From an uncultured Clostridia bacterium (GTDB lineage Bacteria; Bacillota; Clostridia; UMGS1883): a stretch of DNA of 64,000 nucleotides. The notes under the pieces are model-generated. The model saw only the letters and a list, made by a program, of their open reading frames with translations, had not been told where the DNA came from and did no database searches. Shown piece by piece: positions 1 through 8,133 of this stretch; the first letter of the stretch is position 1; each line of letters begins with the position of its first letter. A program made the translations under genes and the position numbers. The stretch is from NCBI GenBank assembly GCA_934454525.1, contig CAKSFM010000002.1, positions 9,792-73,791 of the forward strand. Reading direction: 5' to 3'.

Positions 1-1
1 A

Positions 2-172
2 GACGGCATGACAATGGTTGTTGTAACGCATGAAATGGGTTTTGCGCGTGAGGTTGCCGACCGTGTTATATTTATGGATGACGGTGTGATTGTGGAGGAG
101 GGTTCGCCCGAACAAGTTTTCGGTCAGCCGAAAAATCCGCGCACAATTGATTTTCTCGGAAAAGTATTGTAA
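2..172 (+). CDS. C-terminal fragment of a polar amino-acid ABC transporter ATP-binding protein (5' end outside window)
   Basis: The frame is open from the window edge and translates [56 protein letters not shown]. This is the H-loop (VTHEM) and C-terminal tail typical of GlnQ/HisP-type ATPases. Stop TAA at 170-172. Confidence 0.85.
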   Translation, partial: DGMTMVVVTHEMGFAREVADRVIFMDDGVIVEEGSPEQVFGQPKNPRTIDFLGKVL

Positions 173-217
173 TTTCATTTTTTTCGGTATATAATATAGT
201 TTAAGGGGGTGTTTTTG

Positions 218-421
218 ATGGCAAAAGTAACAAAGGACATGATTATCATGGATGTTCTTTCAATAGATCCCGGCACAGCGCCTTTCTTTCTTGAAATAGG
301 AATGCACTGCCTGGGTTGCCCGTCGGCAAGCGGTGAATCCATTGAAGAAGCGTGTGCCGTTCACGGCGCAGATGCGGACGAGCTTGTAAAAAAGCTGAAC
401 GATTATCTTGAAAATAAGTAA
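218..421 (+). CDS. Small redox-disulfide domain protein (DUF1858 / hybrid-cluster-protein-associated type)
   Basis: The motif GMHCLGCPSASGESIEEACAVHGADADELVKKLN matches my recollection of the DUF1858/TIGR03980 family. ATG at 218 lies 8 nt after the RBS AAGGGGG (203-209); the tracked ORF begins at an upstream GTG at 209. Confidence 0.8.
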   Translation: MAKVTKDMIIMDVLSIDPGTAPFFLEIGMHCLGCPSASGESIEEACAVHGADADELVKKLNDYLENK

Positions 422-438
422 TTAACGGACAAGCACTG

Positions 439-489
439 AAACGGAAGTATGAGCATATTTTATTATGCTGCGGCTTCCGTTTTTATTTT
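439..489 (+). terminator. Rho-independent terminator after the redox protein
   Basis: Stem gaaacggaag (438-447) pairs with cttccgttt (474-482) and is followed by a T-rich run. Confidence 0.7.
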
Positions 490-533
490 GATAATATTAA
501 TGATAAAATTTTCCGATTTTATTAAAATTCTGC

Positions 534-562
534 TTGAAAAGCGTAGAAAAATAGTGTAAGAT
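534..562 (+). promoter_or_regulatory. Candidate sigma-A promoter for pfkA
   Basis: TTGAAA (534-539), 17-nt spacer, TAAGAT (557-562), about 45 nt upstream of the pfkA start. Confidence 0.45.
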
Positions 563-608
563 AGCAGAGATAGGGTTATACTATATTATTATCCATGGAG
601 GATTTGCT

Positions 609-1727
609 ATGAACAAAATAAAAAAAATCGCACTTCTCACAGGCGGCGGAGACTGCCCCGGACTTAACGCTGTTATCCGCGCCGTAACGACAACCGCCAT
701 CGTTAAGTATGGACTTGAGGTTGTCGGAATCAAAAAAGGTTATCATGGTCTTTACCATAAAGATTTTGTTAATCTTACGCTTGAAAGCGTTCAGGAAATT
801 CTTTCGGAGGGCGGCACAATTCTTAAAAGCTCGAATAAAGATAACTTATTTCAGTATCCTGTTCGCGATAAGGACGGAGAAATAGTAAAAAAAGACGGAA
901 AAATTGTCTATGAAGATGTTTCCGACATTGCCGTTAAAAACCTTAAAGATGCCGGAATAGACGCACTTTTCATTCTCGGCGGTGACGGAACGCTTACAAG
1001 CGGACGTGATTTTGCGCGCAAAGGTGTAAATGTAATCGGTATTCCGAAAACGATTGACAATGACTTAAACTGCACTGACTATACATTCGGATTTGACACA
1101 GCGGTGGGCATTGTTACAGAGTCGCTTGACAGACTGCGTACGACGGCAAAAAGCCACGGCAGAATTATGGTTGCCGAAATTATGGGGCGCGGAGCCGGCT
1201 GGCTGACGCTTCACGGCGGCATTGCTGGCTCCGCGGATGTTATACTTCTCCCTGAAATCCCGTTCGACATAAATAAAGTTGCCGACAAAATCAAGGCTGA
1301 TTTTGCAAACGGCAAGGATTTCTGCATCGTTGCATGTGCTGAGGGCGCCAAGCCTAAAGACGGTGAGGCTGTTGTTCTCAAGGTTCGTGAGGACAGTCCC
1401 GACCCGATTCGTCTGGGCGGAATCGGCGCGGTTGTTGCCGACAAGCTTGAAATGCTCTGCAAAAATGAGGCGCGCTCAACCGTTCTCGGTCATGTACAGC
1501 GCGGCGGCACAACCTCCAGTCACGACAGGATTCTTTCCTCGCGTTACGGATATGCTGCCGTTGAACTTGCAATGCAGGGTCTTTTCGGCAATATGGTTAT
1601 ACTCAAAGGCGACCAAATCGGATATGCTTCACTTGAAGAGGTTATCGGTCAGGAAAACAAAAAGGTTCAGACAGATAATGAGCTTGTCCAGATGTCAAAA
1701 GCACTCGGTGTTTGCTTCGGCGACTGA
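609..1727 (+). CDS. pfkA: ATP-dependent 6-phosphofructokinase
   Basis: N-terminus KIALLTGGGDCPGLNAVIRAV, then ILGGDGTLTSG and PKTIDNDL, the PFK family hallmarks. GGDG rather than GGDD favours the ATP-dependent type. Confidence 0.9.
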   Translation: MNKIKKIALLTGGGDCPGLNAVIRAVTTTAIVKYGLEVVGIKKGYHGLYHKDFVNLTLESVQEILSEGGTILKSSNKDNLFQYPVRDKDGEIVKKDGKIVYEDVSDIAVKNLKDAGIDALFILGGDGTLTSGRDFARKGVNVIGIPKTIDNDLNCTDYTFGFDTAVGIVTESLDRLRTTAKSHGRIMVAEIMGRGAGWLTLHGGIAGSADVILLPEIPFDINKVADKIKADFANGKDFCIVACAEGAKPKDGEAVVLKVREDSPDPIRLGGIGAVVADKLEMLCKNEARSTVLGHVQRGGTTSSHDRILSSRYGYAAVELAMQGLFGNMVILKGDQIGYASLEEVIGQENKKVQTDNELVQMSKALGVCFGD

Positions 1728-1759
1728 TATAAGTGTTTTTTTACATGGCGTTGCACAAT

Positions 1760-1790
1760 AAAAGGGTGTAATATTTTTGCACCCTTTTTA
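1760..1790 (+). terminator. Rho-independent terminator after pfkA
   Basis: Stem aaaagggtg (1760-1768) pairs with caccctttt (1780-1788); the 3' arm ends in a T-run. Confidence 0.7.
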
Positions 1791-1811
1791 TATTATACAT
1801 ATAAAAAACTG

Positions 1812-1840
1812 TTGAAATATCCTCCGGGATGATTTATAAT
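1812..1840 (+). promoter_or_regulatory. Candidate sigma-A promoter
   Basis: TTGAAA (1812-1817), 17-nt spacer, consensus TATAAT (1835-1840), upstream of the 1873 start. Confidence 0.55.
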
Positions 1841-1872
1841 AATATAAGATATTGTTATTTGGGGGATTTAAA

Positions 1873-2739
1873 ATGAAGAAAGAAAAACGTGCACCGTCCG
1901 GCTATTCAAGCACACGATTTATTCTTGATGATGACGCTGAAAGCATCTTTGATGATGACAGCGCACTTTCGCCTGCAGCAGACATACCCGAAATCAACCG
2001 TGCAAAGCGCGGCGGGTTCACGGCAAGCACAAAGGAAATGATGCTCTCCTCGCTTATGCATCTGACAAATCCTTTTACGATAATCGTTATACTGCTCCTG
2101 ACCGTGGCATATATCCTTTTAGGCGCTGCCGGCACTGTTAGTTTTACGTTTAATGCAGGGAGCGTTGCCCAGTACATAAGTACGAATCTTGATATAATAG
2201 TAAATGCGTTTCTCGGATTTTTCTACGGACCTGTAACATGTGCGCTCGGCGTTGGGGTGTGCTGCATTGCAAAAATCATTGCGAGCAAAAGCACATTCTT
2301 TGTCGGAAACCTTATCGGTGCACTTGCAGCCGGTTTTTGCCACGGTTGGATTCTCTACAGGCTTAAACCGCGATGGTTTCGTTCCAGATTTAAAAATCGC
2401 TATGCAAACCTGATTTTCAACATTGTTGAAACGCGCTTTGTAATTTCCGCATTTATAAACATATTGCTTATGTCGGTTATCTACAAGTTATTTGTCGGAT
2501 ATCCTATATCCGTCTTTATTCTGCGCTACTCAAAATCAGGCGTACCGATAAGGTCGGGTGTGCTGTTTTTAAAGGTATTTTTTGTAAGCATATTGTTTGA
2601 ATCAGCTGTTATTTTCGTGGCAATTACTGTTGCATCATATATTATGTCTAAGGCGTTTCCGCTTCAGTTTGCACAGACCGCTATGTTTATTAACAGAGAC
2701 GGCAGCATCGGGAACTTTGACGATGATTCTGAAAATTAA
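1873..2739 (+). CDS. Polytopic membrane protein of unknown function (possibly ECF-transporter S-component-like)
   Basis: ATG at 1873 (MKKEKR) follows the RBS GGGGGA. A ~60-aa hydrophilic N-terminus precedes about 6 hydrophobic helices (e.g. FTIIVILLLTVAYILLGAAG, FFYGPVTCALGVGVCCIAKII). The S-component idea is a weak resemblance only. Confidence 0.6.
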   Translation: MKKEKRAPSGYSSTRFILDDDAESIFDDDSALSPAADIPEINRAKRGGFTASTKEMMLSSLMHLTNPFTIIVILLLTVAYILLGAAGTVSFTFNAGSVAQYISTNLDIIVNAFLGFFYGPVTCALGVGVCCIAKIIASKSTFFVGNLIGALAAGFCHGWILYRLKPRWFRSRFKNRYANLIFNIVETRFVISAFINILLMSVIYKLFVGYPISVFILRYSKSGVPIRSGVLFLKVFFVSILFESAVIFVAITVASYIMSKAFPLQFAQTAMFINRDGSIGNFDDDSEN

Positions 2740-2759
2740 ACTGCTGCGGAGGGTTTGTT

Positions 2760-3287
2760 TTGGATTATGTTTTTGACAATAAAATTGATGTTAAGCTGAT
2801 TGCTCTTTTTATAACAGACGCATTTAAAACAGCGATTCCGGAAGCGTATATTGTGGACGTTATCATGCTTCAGCCCGTTGTCAACTATTTTGATTTGGCG
2901 GAACACATGGCAGAGCTTACCGAGGGAGGTTACCTTACATATTATGTGGAAGATAACATGCGTTACTACAGCATAACCGAAAAAGGAAAGGAAACACTCG
3001 GCTATTTTTCGCACAGGATTCCGAAAACTGTCCGCGAACGGCTTCTGCGCACAGTTAAAATGAAAATACGGGAATTCAAAAATTCAATCAGCATACGCGC
3101 TGACTACACAAAAGTGAGTGATATTGAATATTGCATCTCACTCGGAATAACAGAGGGTTCTTCCGATCTGTTCGGAGTAACCATATCAGTCGGAGATGAA
3201 ATCATGGCAAAAAAAATCTGCGCCGGTTTCCGCCGCGATCCGCAGGCGCTGTATTCGCAGATGCTGTCTGCTCTCCTTAATGACTGA
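2760..3287 (+). CDS. DUF4364-family protein (PadR-like putative regulator)
   Basis: 175-aa ORF with a TTG start. The N-terminal pattern KLIALFITDAF...YFDLAEHMAELTEGGYLTYY...YYSITEKGKETL matches my recollection of DUF4364 winged-helix proteins. Confidence 0.55.
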   Translation: MDYVFDNKIDVKLIALFITDAFKTAIPEAYIVDVIMLQPVVNYFDLAEHMAELTEGGYLTYYVEDNMRYYSITEKGKETLGYFSHRIPKTVRERLLRTVKMKIREFKNSISIRADYTKVSDIEYCISLGITEGSSDLFGVTISVGDEIMAKKICAGFRRDPQALYSQMLSALLND

Positions 3288-3400
3288 AGACTTTGTTTTT
3301 CATCAAACAATTAAACAAGGCATTTGCTTCCACGCTGTTTCGGGCACAAATGCCATTCATATTATTGCCGCACCATGGCGGCGGATAGGAGTTTTTTATT

Positions 3401-4381
3401 ATGGCAGAATTACGTTGGCATCCACTTACAAAAGATTGGGTTATGATTGCATCCAACAGGCAGAACCGTCCTCAGATGCCTAAGGACTGGTGTCCGTTTT
3501 GCCCGGGTCCTGACAATGACAAGGTTCCGAAATCATTTGATGTTTACGAATACGATAACGATTTTCCCGCTCTTTCACAGAATCCGCCCGTACCGGACGA
3601 TGTCAGCACCGAAATTTACAAAACCGCACCGTCATATGGAAAGTGCGAGGTTATTTTGTATTCTCCGGAACACACCGTCACACTTCCTGAGCTTAGCACG
3701 GAGCACGTCAGAAAACTTGTTGATCTTTGGACCGAGCGGTTTAAAGCGCTTTCATCCGATGAAAAAATCAAATATGTTTTCATTTTTGAAAACCGCGGAG
3801 CAGTTGTCGGGGTGACAATGCCCCACCCTCACGGTCAAATATACGGCTATAGCTTTATTCCGAAAAAGATTGAACTTGAGCTTGCCTCCTCAAAGGAGCA
3901 TCATGAGAAAACAGGGCATTGCCTGATCTGTGATATGCTCAGAGATGAAAAAAATGATGGCAGAAGAATCATTTTTGAAAACGAGGATTTCACCGTATTT
4001 CTCCCGTTTTTCACCGAATATCCCTATGGAATGTACATTGCTGCGAAATCTCACAAGCAGTATCTTACCGAATTTAATGACCGTGAGAAAGATAATCTTG
4101 CAAGCGCCATCCGTGAAACGGCAGGCACCTTGGATTCGCTTTTCGGCTACGCTTTCCCTTATATGATGTGCATGCATCAGGGTCCGGTCAACAGCGGCGA
4201 CACAAGCGGCTATTATCACTTCCATATTGAATTCTTCCCCCCGATGCGAAGCGCTGACAAGCAGAAATTTAATGCTTCAAGCGAAACCGGTGTGTGGGCG
4301 CACTGCAATCCCACTGCTCCCGAAGCAACGTCTGTTGAACTGCGTGAAGCACACAAGCGTTACCTTGATTCGCAGAAATAA
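3401..4381 (+). CDS. galT: Galactose-1-phosphate uridylyltransferase (class I)
   Basis: Zn-site CPFCPG, active-site HPHGQIY (HxH motif), 326 aa, immediately upstream of galK. Confidence 0.92.
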   Translation: MAELRWHPLTKDWVMIASNRQNRPQMPKDWCPFCPGPDNDKVPKSFDVYEYDNDFPALSQNPPVPDDVSTEIYKTAPSYGKCEVILYSPEHTVTLPELSTEHVRKLVDLWTERFKALSSDEKIKYVFIFENRGAVVGVTMPHPHGQIYGYSFIPKKIELELASSKEHHEKTGHCLICDMLRDEKNDGRRIIFENEDFTVFLPFFTEYPYGMYIAAKSHKQYLTEFNDREKDNLASAIRETAGTLDSLFGYAFPYMMCMHQGPVNSGDTSGYYHFHIEFFPPMRSADKQKFNASSETGVWAHCNPTAPEATSVELREAHKRYLDSQK

Positions 4382-4400
4382 TATTGAAAGGATTACGACA

Positions 4401-5585
4401 GTGAATATACAGGAATTAAAACAAGAGTTTATAAAGTATTACGGCGGAGATGAGTCCGAAATCCGTATTTTCCATTCCCCCGGCAGAGTTAATCTCATCG
4501 GCGAGCACACGGATTATAACGGCGGCTTTGTTTTTCCTGCCGCGCTCACAATGGGAACAACGATTGCTCTGCGCAAAAACAATGAAAATATAATACGTCT
4601 GCGCGCAACCGATCTTCCTGATTTTGTTGAAGCTGATATCTCAAAGCTTGACTCTTACAAGGAGCTTCACTGGGGGAATTATCAGCTCGGATCAGCGTTT
4701 GAGCTTTCGAAGCTCGGATATAAAATCCTCGGCTGCGACATGCTTTATCATGACACACTTCCGCACGGCGGCGGACTTTCCTCCTCTGCGGCAATAGAAG
4801 TGTCAACCGCACTTGCATTTGCAACTCTTTCAAAGGAAGCGGAAAACGACTTCTCCCCCGTTGACATGGTTCAAATGGCATTTTGCGGACAGAGTGCAGA
4901 GCATAATTACTGCGGCGTTAACTGCGGAATTATGGATCAGTTTGCCTCGGCAATGGGCAAGAAAAATCATGCAATATTTTTAAACTGCAAAACAATGGAA
5001 TATAAACATGTTCCGCTTGACCTTAACGGCTATAAAATAGTAATAACCAACACAAACAAGAAGCATAAGCTTGCTGACAGCAAATACAATGAGCGCCGCA
5101 GTGAATGTGAGAGAGGGTTTGAAATGCTCAGAAAGGCGCTGCCGAATGCAACTTGCCTCGGAGACATATCGCGCGCAGATTTTGAAGCAAACAAACACTG
5201 CATTGATGACCCGACAGTCCTTAAGCGCATAACTCATGTTATATATGAGGATGACAGGGTTCTCCGCAGCATTGACGCGCTTGAAAAGGGTGATATCGAA
5301 ACATTCGGGCAGCTGATGAACGAAAGCCACGATTCACTGCGCGACCTTTATGAGGTTACGGGGATTGAGCTTGACACACTTGCCGCAGAAGCGCGCAAGG
5401 TTGACGGAGTTCTCGGTTCAAGAATGACAGGCGCAGGCTTTGGCGGAAGTACGGTTTCAATCGTGCGCGGCGACTGCATTGATAAATTTAAAGAGCATGT
5501 TGAAAAAGCATATACCGATATAATCGGTTACGCTCCGTCGTTCTTTATTGATGATATTGGCGATGGCGGTACGGAAATCAAATAA
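4401..5585 (+). CDS. galK: Galactokinase
   Basis: GHMP kinase motifs: PGRVNLIGEHTDYNGG (galactokinase signature) and GGGLSSSAA. GTG at 4401 follows the RBS GAAAGGA. The longer tracked ORF (from 4227) overlaps galT and was trimmed. Confidence 0.92.
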   Translation: MNIQELKQEFIKYYGGDESEIRIFHSPGRVNLIGEHTDYNGGFVFPAALTMGTTIALRKNNENIIRLRATDLPDFVEADISKLDSYKELHWGNYQLGSAFELSKLGYKILGCDMLYHDTLPHGGGLSSSAAIEVSTALAFATLSKEAENDFSPVDMVQMAFCGQSAEHNYCGVNCGIMDQFASAMGKKNHAIFLNCKTMEYKHVPLDLNGYKIVITNTNKKHKLADSKYNERRSECERGFEMLRKALPNATCLGDISRADFEANKHCIDDPTVLKRITHVIYEDDRVLRSIDALEKGDIETFGQLMNESHDSLRDLYEVTGIELDTLAAEARKVDGVLGSRMTGAGFGGSTVSIVRGDCIDKFKEHVEKAYTDIIGYAPSFFIDDIGDGGTEIK

Positions 5586-5610
5586 TTTTTGAGTAAAATA
5601 TACAGTGAAA

Positions 5611-5653
5611 TCCAAAAGGAACTGCAGCAAAATTTGCTGCAGTTCCTTTTGGA
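5611..5653. terminator. Bidirectional terminator between convergent galK and the CE15-like gene
   Basis: Near-perfect 43-nt palindrome tccaaaaggaactgcagcaaa/tttgctgcagttccttttgga with A/T runs on both sides. Confidence 0.8.
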
Positions 5654-5654
5654 T

Positions 5655-6692
5655 TTAAACTGTTTTACCATGAAAAAAACTTATGAACCGATTCCAGTCC
5701 TCGCGGCTGAAATAGTGCTTGCCGCGCCTTATATGATAACCGATTCTGTCACCGTGAAGATTGCGGCTTTCTCCGATATTTTCGGCATTGCCCGGCTCCC
5801 CGAAATTATTTTTTATGAAATCCTTGCTTGCCGCCGCGCAGCAAAGCAGCTCGGAAACCGGATCTGCCCATAAATCGGCGGCTGCACTCGCAACATATGC
5901 ATAACGCGGCGCAGTTGCCGCAAGCAGAAAATGCTGATCAAACGGAAGCTCAGCTTCATTCCCGGCATATGCCTTATACTTTTCACAGAACCAAAACGGA
6001 AAACGCTTGCAGATGTCTGAAATCGTCTCCCCTGTTTTGCTGCGCGACAGGGCAGCTCCCGAACAGCCTGAATCATTTGAATATGAAAAGGCAAAACGTT
6101 CGTCAAAGGCTCCCGTCAGCAGCGCTGTTTTTCCGAGGCGCGAATGTCCGCAAACGACTGACTTTTTGCAGTCAAGCCGCGGATTGCTTTCCGCATAATC
6201 CATGCAACGCATTGCCGCCCATGCCCACAGCGCAATTTTCCCGGGATCGCTTTCCGCCCGCTTCCCGTCAGGAAAGATGATTCCGGCAAGTCCGCTTGAA
6301 AAATCTCCGTCATCGGACGTGACATCCTCATAATTGAACGAGAGCACGGCAAAGCCGTTGTCAATAAGCTCCTCCGTCGGCATATACCTGTCGGGAACGC
6401 AGTCACGGAAATTAATATGCACGAAAAACGGATATTTGCCGTCCTCCGCAGGAACTGCGGCATACATCGGAAAGTCAAATATTTTTCCGCAAATCTCCGA
6501 TGAAAGAGTTATTTTGCTCAGATTTGCTTTCCCGGCGCAAAAGTTCGGCACAATGTCCTTTTCTTCCGCAAACGAAAGTTTATCAGGTTTTGGAGGAATA
6601 AAACCGTATTCCTCCCCTTGCAGAATTTCAAGCATTTCCTTTCTTCCGGAAAGCTTGGGTAAGTTTCTTTCATTTATCTTTTTTTCAAGCAT
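5655..6692 (-). CDS. Glucuronoyl-esterase-like alpha/beta hydrolase (CE15-like), cytoplasmic
   Basis: VVCGHSRLGKTAL resembles the CE15 G-C/H-S-R-x-G-K nucleophile motif. The downstream APRYAYVASAAADLWADP resembles the conserved CE15 C-terminal block. No signal peptide is present. Confidence 0.6.
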   Translation of the reverse strand: MLEKKINERNLPKLSGRKEMLEILQGEEYGFIPPKPDKLSFAEEKDIVPNFCAGKANLSKITLSSEICGKIFDFPMYAAVPAEDGKYPFFVHINFRDCVPDRYMPTEELIDNGFAVLSFNYEDVTSDDGDFSSGLAGIIFPDGKRAESDPGKIALWAWAAMRCMDYAESNPRLDCKKSVVCGHSRLGKTALLTGAFDERFAFSYSNDSGCSGAALSRSKTGETISDICKRFPFWFCEKYKAYAGNEAELPFDQHFLLAATAPRYAYVASAAADLWADPVSELLCCAAASKDFIKNNFGEPGNAENIGESRNLHGDRIGYHIRRGKHYFSREDWNRFISFFHGKTV

Positions 6693-7626
6693 TGCAACTT
6701 CTCCGTTTCCTGTCCGCTGTTTTATAAATGTTCACGGTTTTTTCTATGAGTTCAGCGCGCAGCTGCTGCTCGTAGAGCGCTTCTTTTTTGTATTCTATCA
6801 TTGATTCCAGACTGAACGGATTATCGTTTTCCATATCAAATTCTGATATTTTGCGCTTAATAAGCTCATATTTTTCCAACACATCAAGCATTCTTTGAGG
6901 ATAAAGCTTACCGTAGTTCACATAAGCAAGCGTTCTGAGTTTTTGCTCGGTTTCATAGCGCGATTTATTTTCCGCTGAAAGCTCCGCACAAGCAGCTCCG
7001 TGCTCTATCCCGACCGTTTCCATGAAAACTTTTGCCATTAAATGATAACCGTTTTCGTTCGGATGAATCCTGTCCGGTCTGATTAGCGGCGGATTATTGC
7101 CGGCACGTTTAAAATGCAGGTTGAAATCTGCAAGTACACAGCCATATTCCTCCGCAAGCTTTTTTACAATTTCAGTGCATTTGTCAATGCCGCTTCCGCA
7201 TCTGCAGTTTGGCGCCGCAGCATCGGAAATATCATCGTACGGCGGCGGAGTGCATAATATTACCTTTGCTCCGCAGTCATTACACCCCGAAAGAATTTTT
7301 CTTATGCTTTTTTCATAAATATCAATCGCACTGCGCTGCGCAGCCTCATCATTTGCCGCATATGCATTTATATCAATATCGTTTATTCCGAACATCACGC
7401 AAACACAGTCGGGGTTATAAATAAGGCAGTCACCGTAAAGCCTGTCAATCGCATGGGAGGACTTATCCCCCGGCACACCGCAGTTATACAGCTTTATTCC
7501 CCTGTGCGGATAATTATCGATAAGATTCTGATATATTTCGGCAATCCACGCTCCGCCGGCCGTCATGCTGTCACCGAAAAAACATACGGCTGCATTATCT
7601 CTTAATTTATCAAATAAAGAAGCCAA
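6685..7626 (-). CDS. SGNH/GDSL-family hydrolase (esterase)
   Basis: Block I FFGDSMTAGG, block III GINDI and block V DRIHPNENGYH are present. TTG start with RBS AAAGGAG. The gene overlaps the downstream CE15-like gene by 8 nt. Confidence 0.8.
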   Translation of the reverse strand: MASLFDKLRDNAAVCFFGDSMTAGGAWIAEIYQNLIDNYPHRGIKLYNCGVPGDKSSHAIDRLYGDCLIYNPDCVCVMFGINDIDINAYAANDEAAQRSAIDIYEKSIRKILSGCNDCGAKVILCTPPPYDDISDAAAPNCRCGSGIDKCTEIVKKLAEEYGCVLADFNLHFKRAGNNPPLIRPDRIHPNENGYHLMAKVFMETVGIEHGAACAELSAENKSRYETEQKLRTLAYVNYGKLYPQRMLDVLEKYELIKRKISEFDMENDNPFSLESMIEYKKEALYEQQLRAELIEKTVNIYKTADRKRRSCNA

Positions 7627-7649
7627 AGGCTCCGCTCCTTTCTCAAAAC

Positions 7650-7689
7650 GGGACTGTTTAAAAAGTCAATTGACTTTTTAAACAGTCCC
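7650..7689. terminator. Perfect 40-nt palindrome (20-bp stem, hairpin or operator)
   Basis: gggactgtttaaaaagtcaa/ttgactttttaaacagtccc is followed on the minus strand by GTTTT. It lies 24 nt upstream of the SGNH start codon. Confidence 0.5.
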
Positions 7690-7737
7690 CGCTTTTTCAA
7701 GGGGATAGGAAAAAAGCTTTGTAATTAACAAACTGAG

Positions 7738-7965
7738 CCAAAGCGTTAGCTTTGGGTTGAGGCATAAGAAACCCGAAAGAACTGCTGAGCGGAAATTTAA
7801 CAAGCATTGGGCGCATGTGTTCGGATTCCTTATGCCTCTTCGACGGCGTACATCTCTCAGGGCTCCCAAAAACCAAAGGTTTTTGGGAAAAGGAGAAACA
7901 GCGTAATGAATGAGCAGTAAATTTTAATTTGCTGCGAATGATACAACGCTTGTTTCGACGCCCGA
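7738..7965 (+). repeat. Hairpin-rich intergenic segment; possible diverged relative of the 265-bp repeat family
   Basis: Four collinear anchors are shared with the 30.6/45.5 kb repeats: tgttcgg (7818-7824), cggcgtaca (7844-7852), gaaacagc (~7895) and gcttgtttcgac (7948-7959). It also has its own stems: gaggcataag 7759-7768 / cttatgcctc 7829-7838, and hairpins at 7738-7755 and 7865-7887. Confidence 0.3.
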
Positions 7966-8133
7966 GCGGCGAAGTTTGTTGATAGCAAGAAAAGAAGTGA
8001 TTCTTTGAAAAATCAAATTTTTGATTTTTCTACCTTTAATAAAAGCGAATTACAATAGCTATGCTGCCTGTAATATCTGCTTTTTCTCCTTTTCTTGCGT
8101 TCCGGAGTTTTTTAACATCCCCTTTTGTTCCTA

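Noticed and set aside
1279-1761. A 160-aa alternative-frame ORF lies inside pfkA, with minus-strand ORFs at 1211-1572.
   Set aside because: They sit within a confidently identified PFK gene and have Arg/Ser-rich nonsense-like composition.
4227-4400. A long N-terminal extension of the galK ORF (452 aa from 4227) overlaps galT by 155 nt.
   Set aside because: The extension has no galactokinase similarity. The canonical galactokinase N-terminus begins at GTG 4401, which has its own RBS. The extension is an out-of-frame read-through of the galT 3' end.
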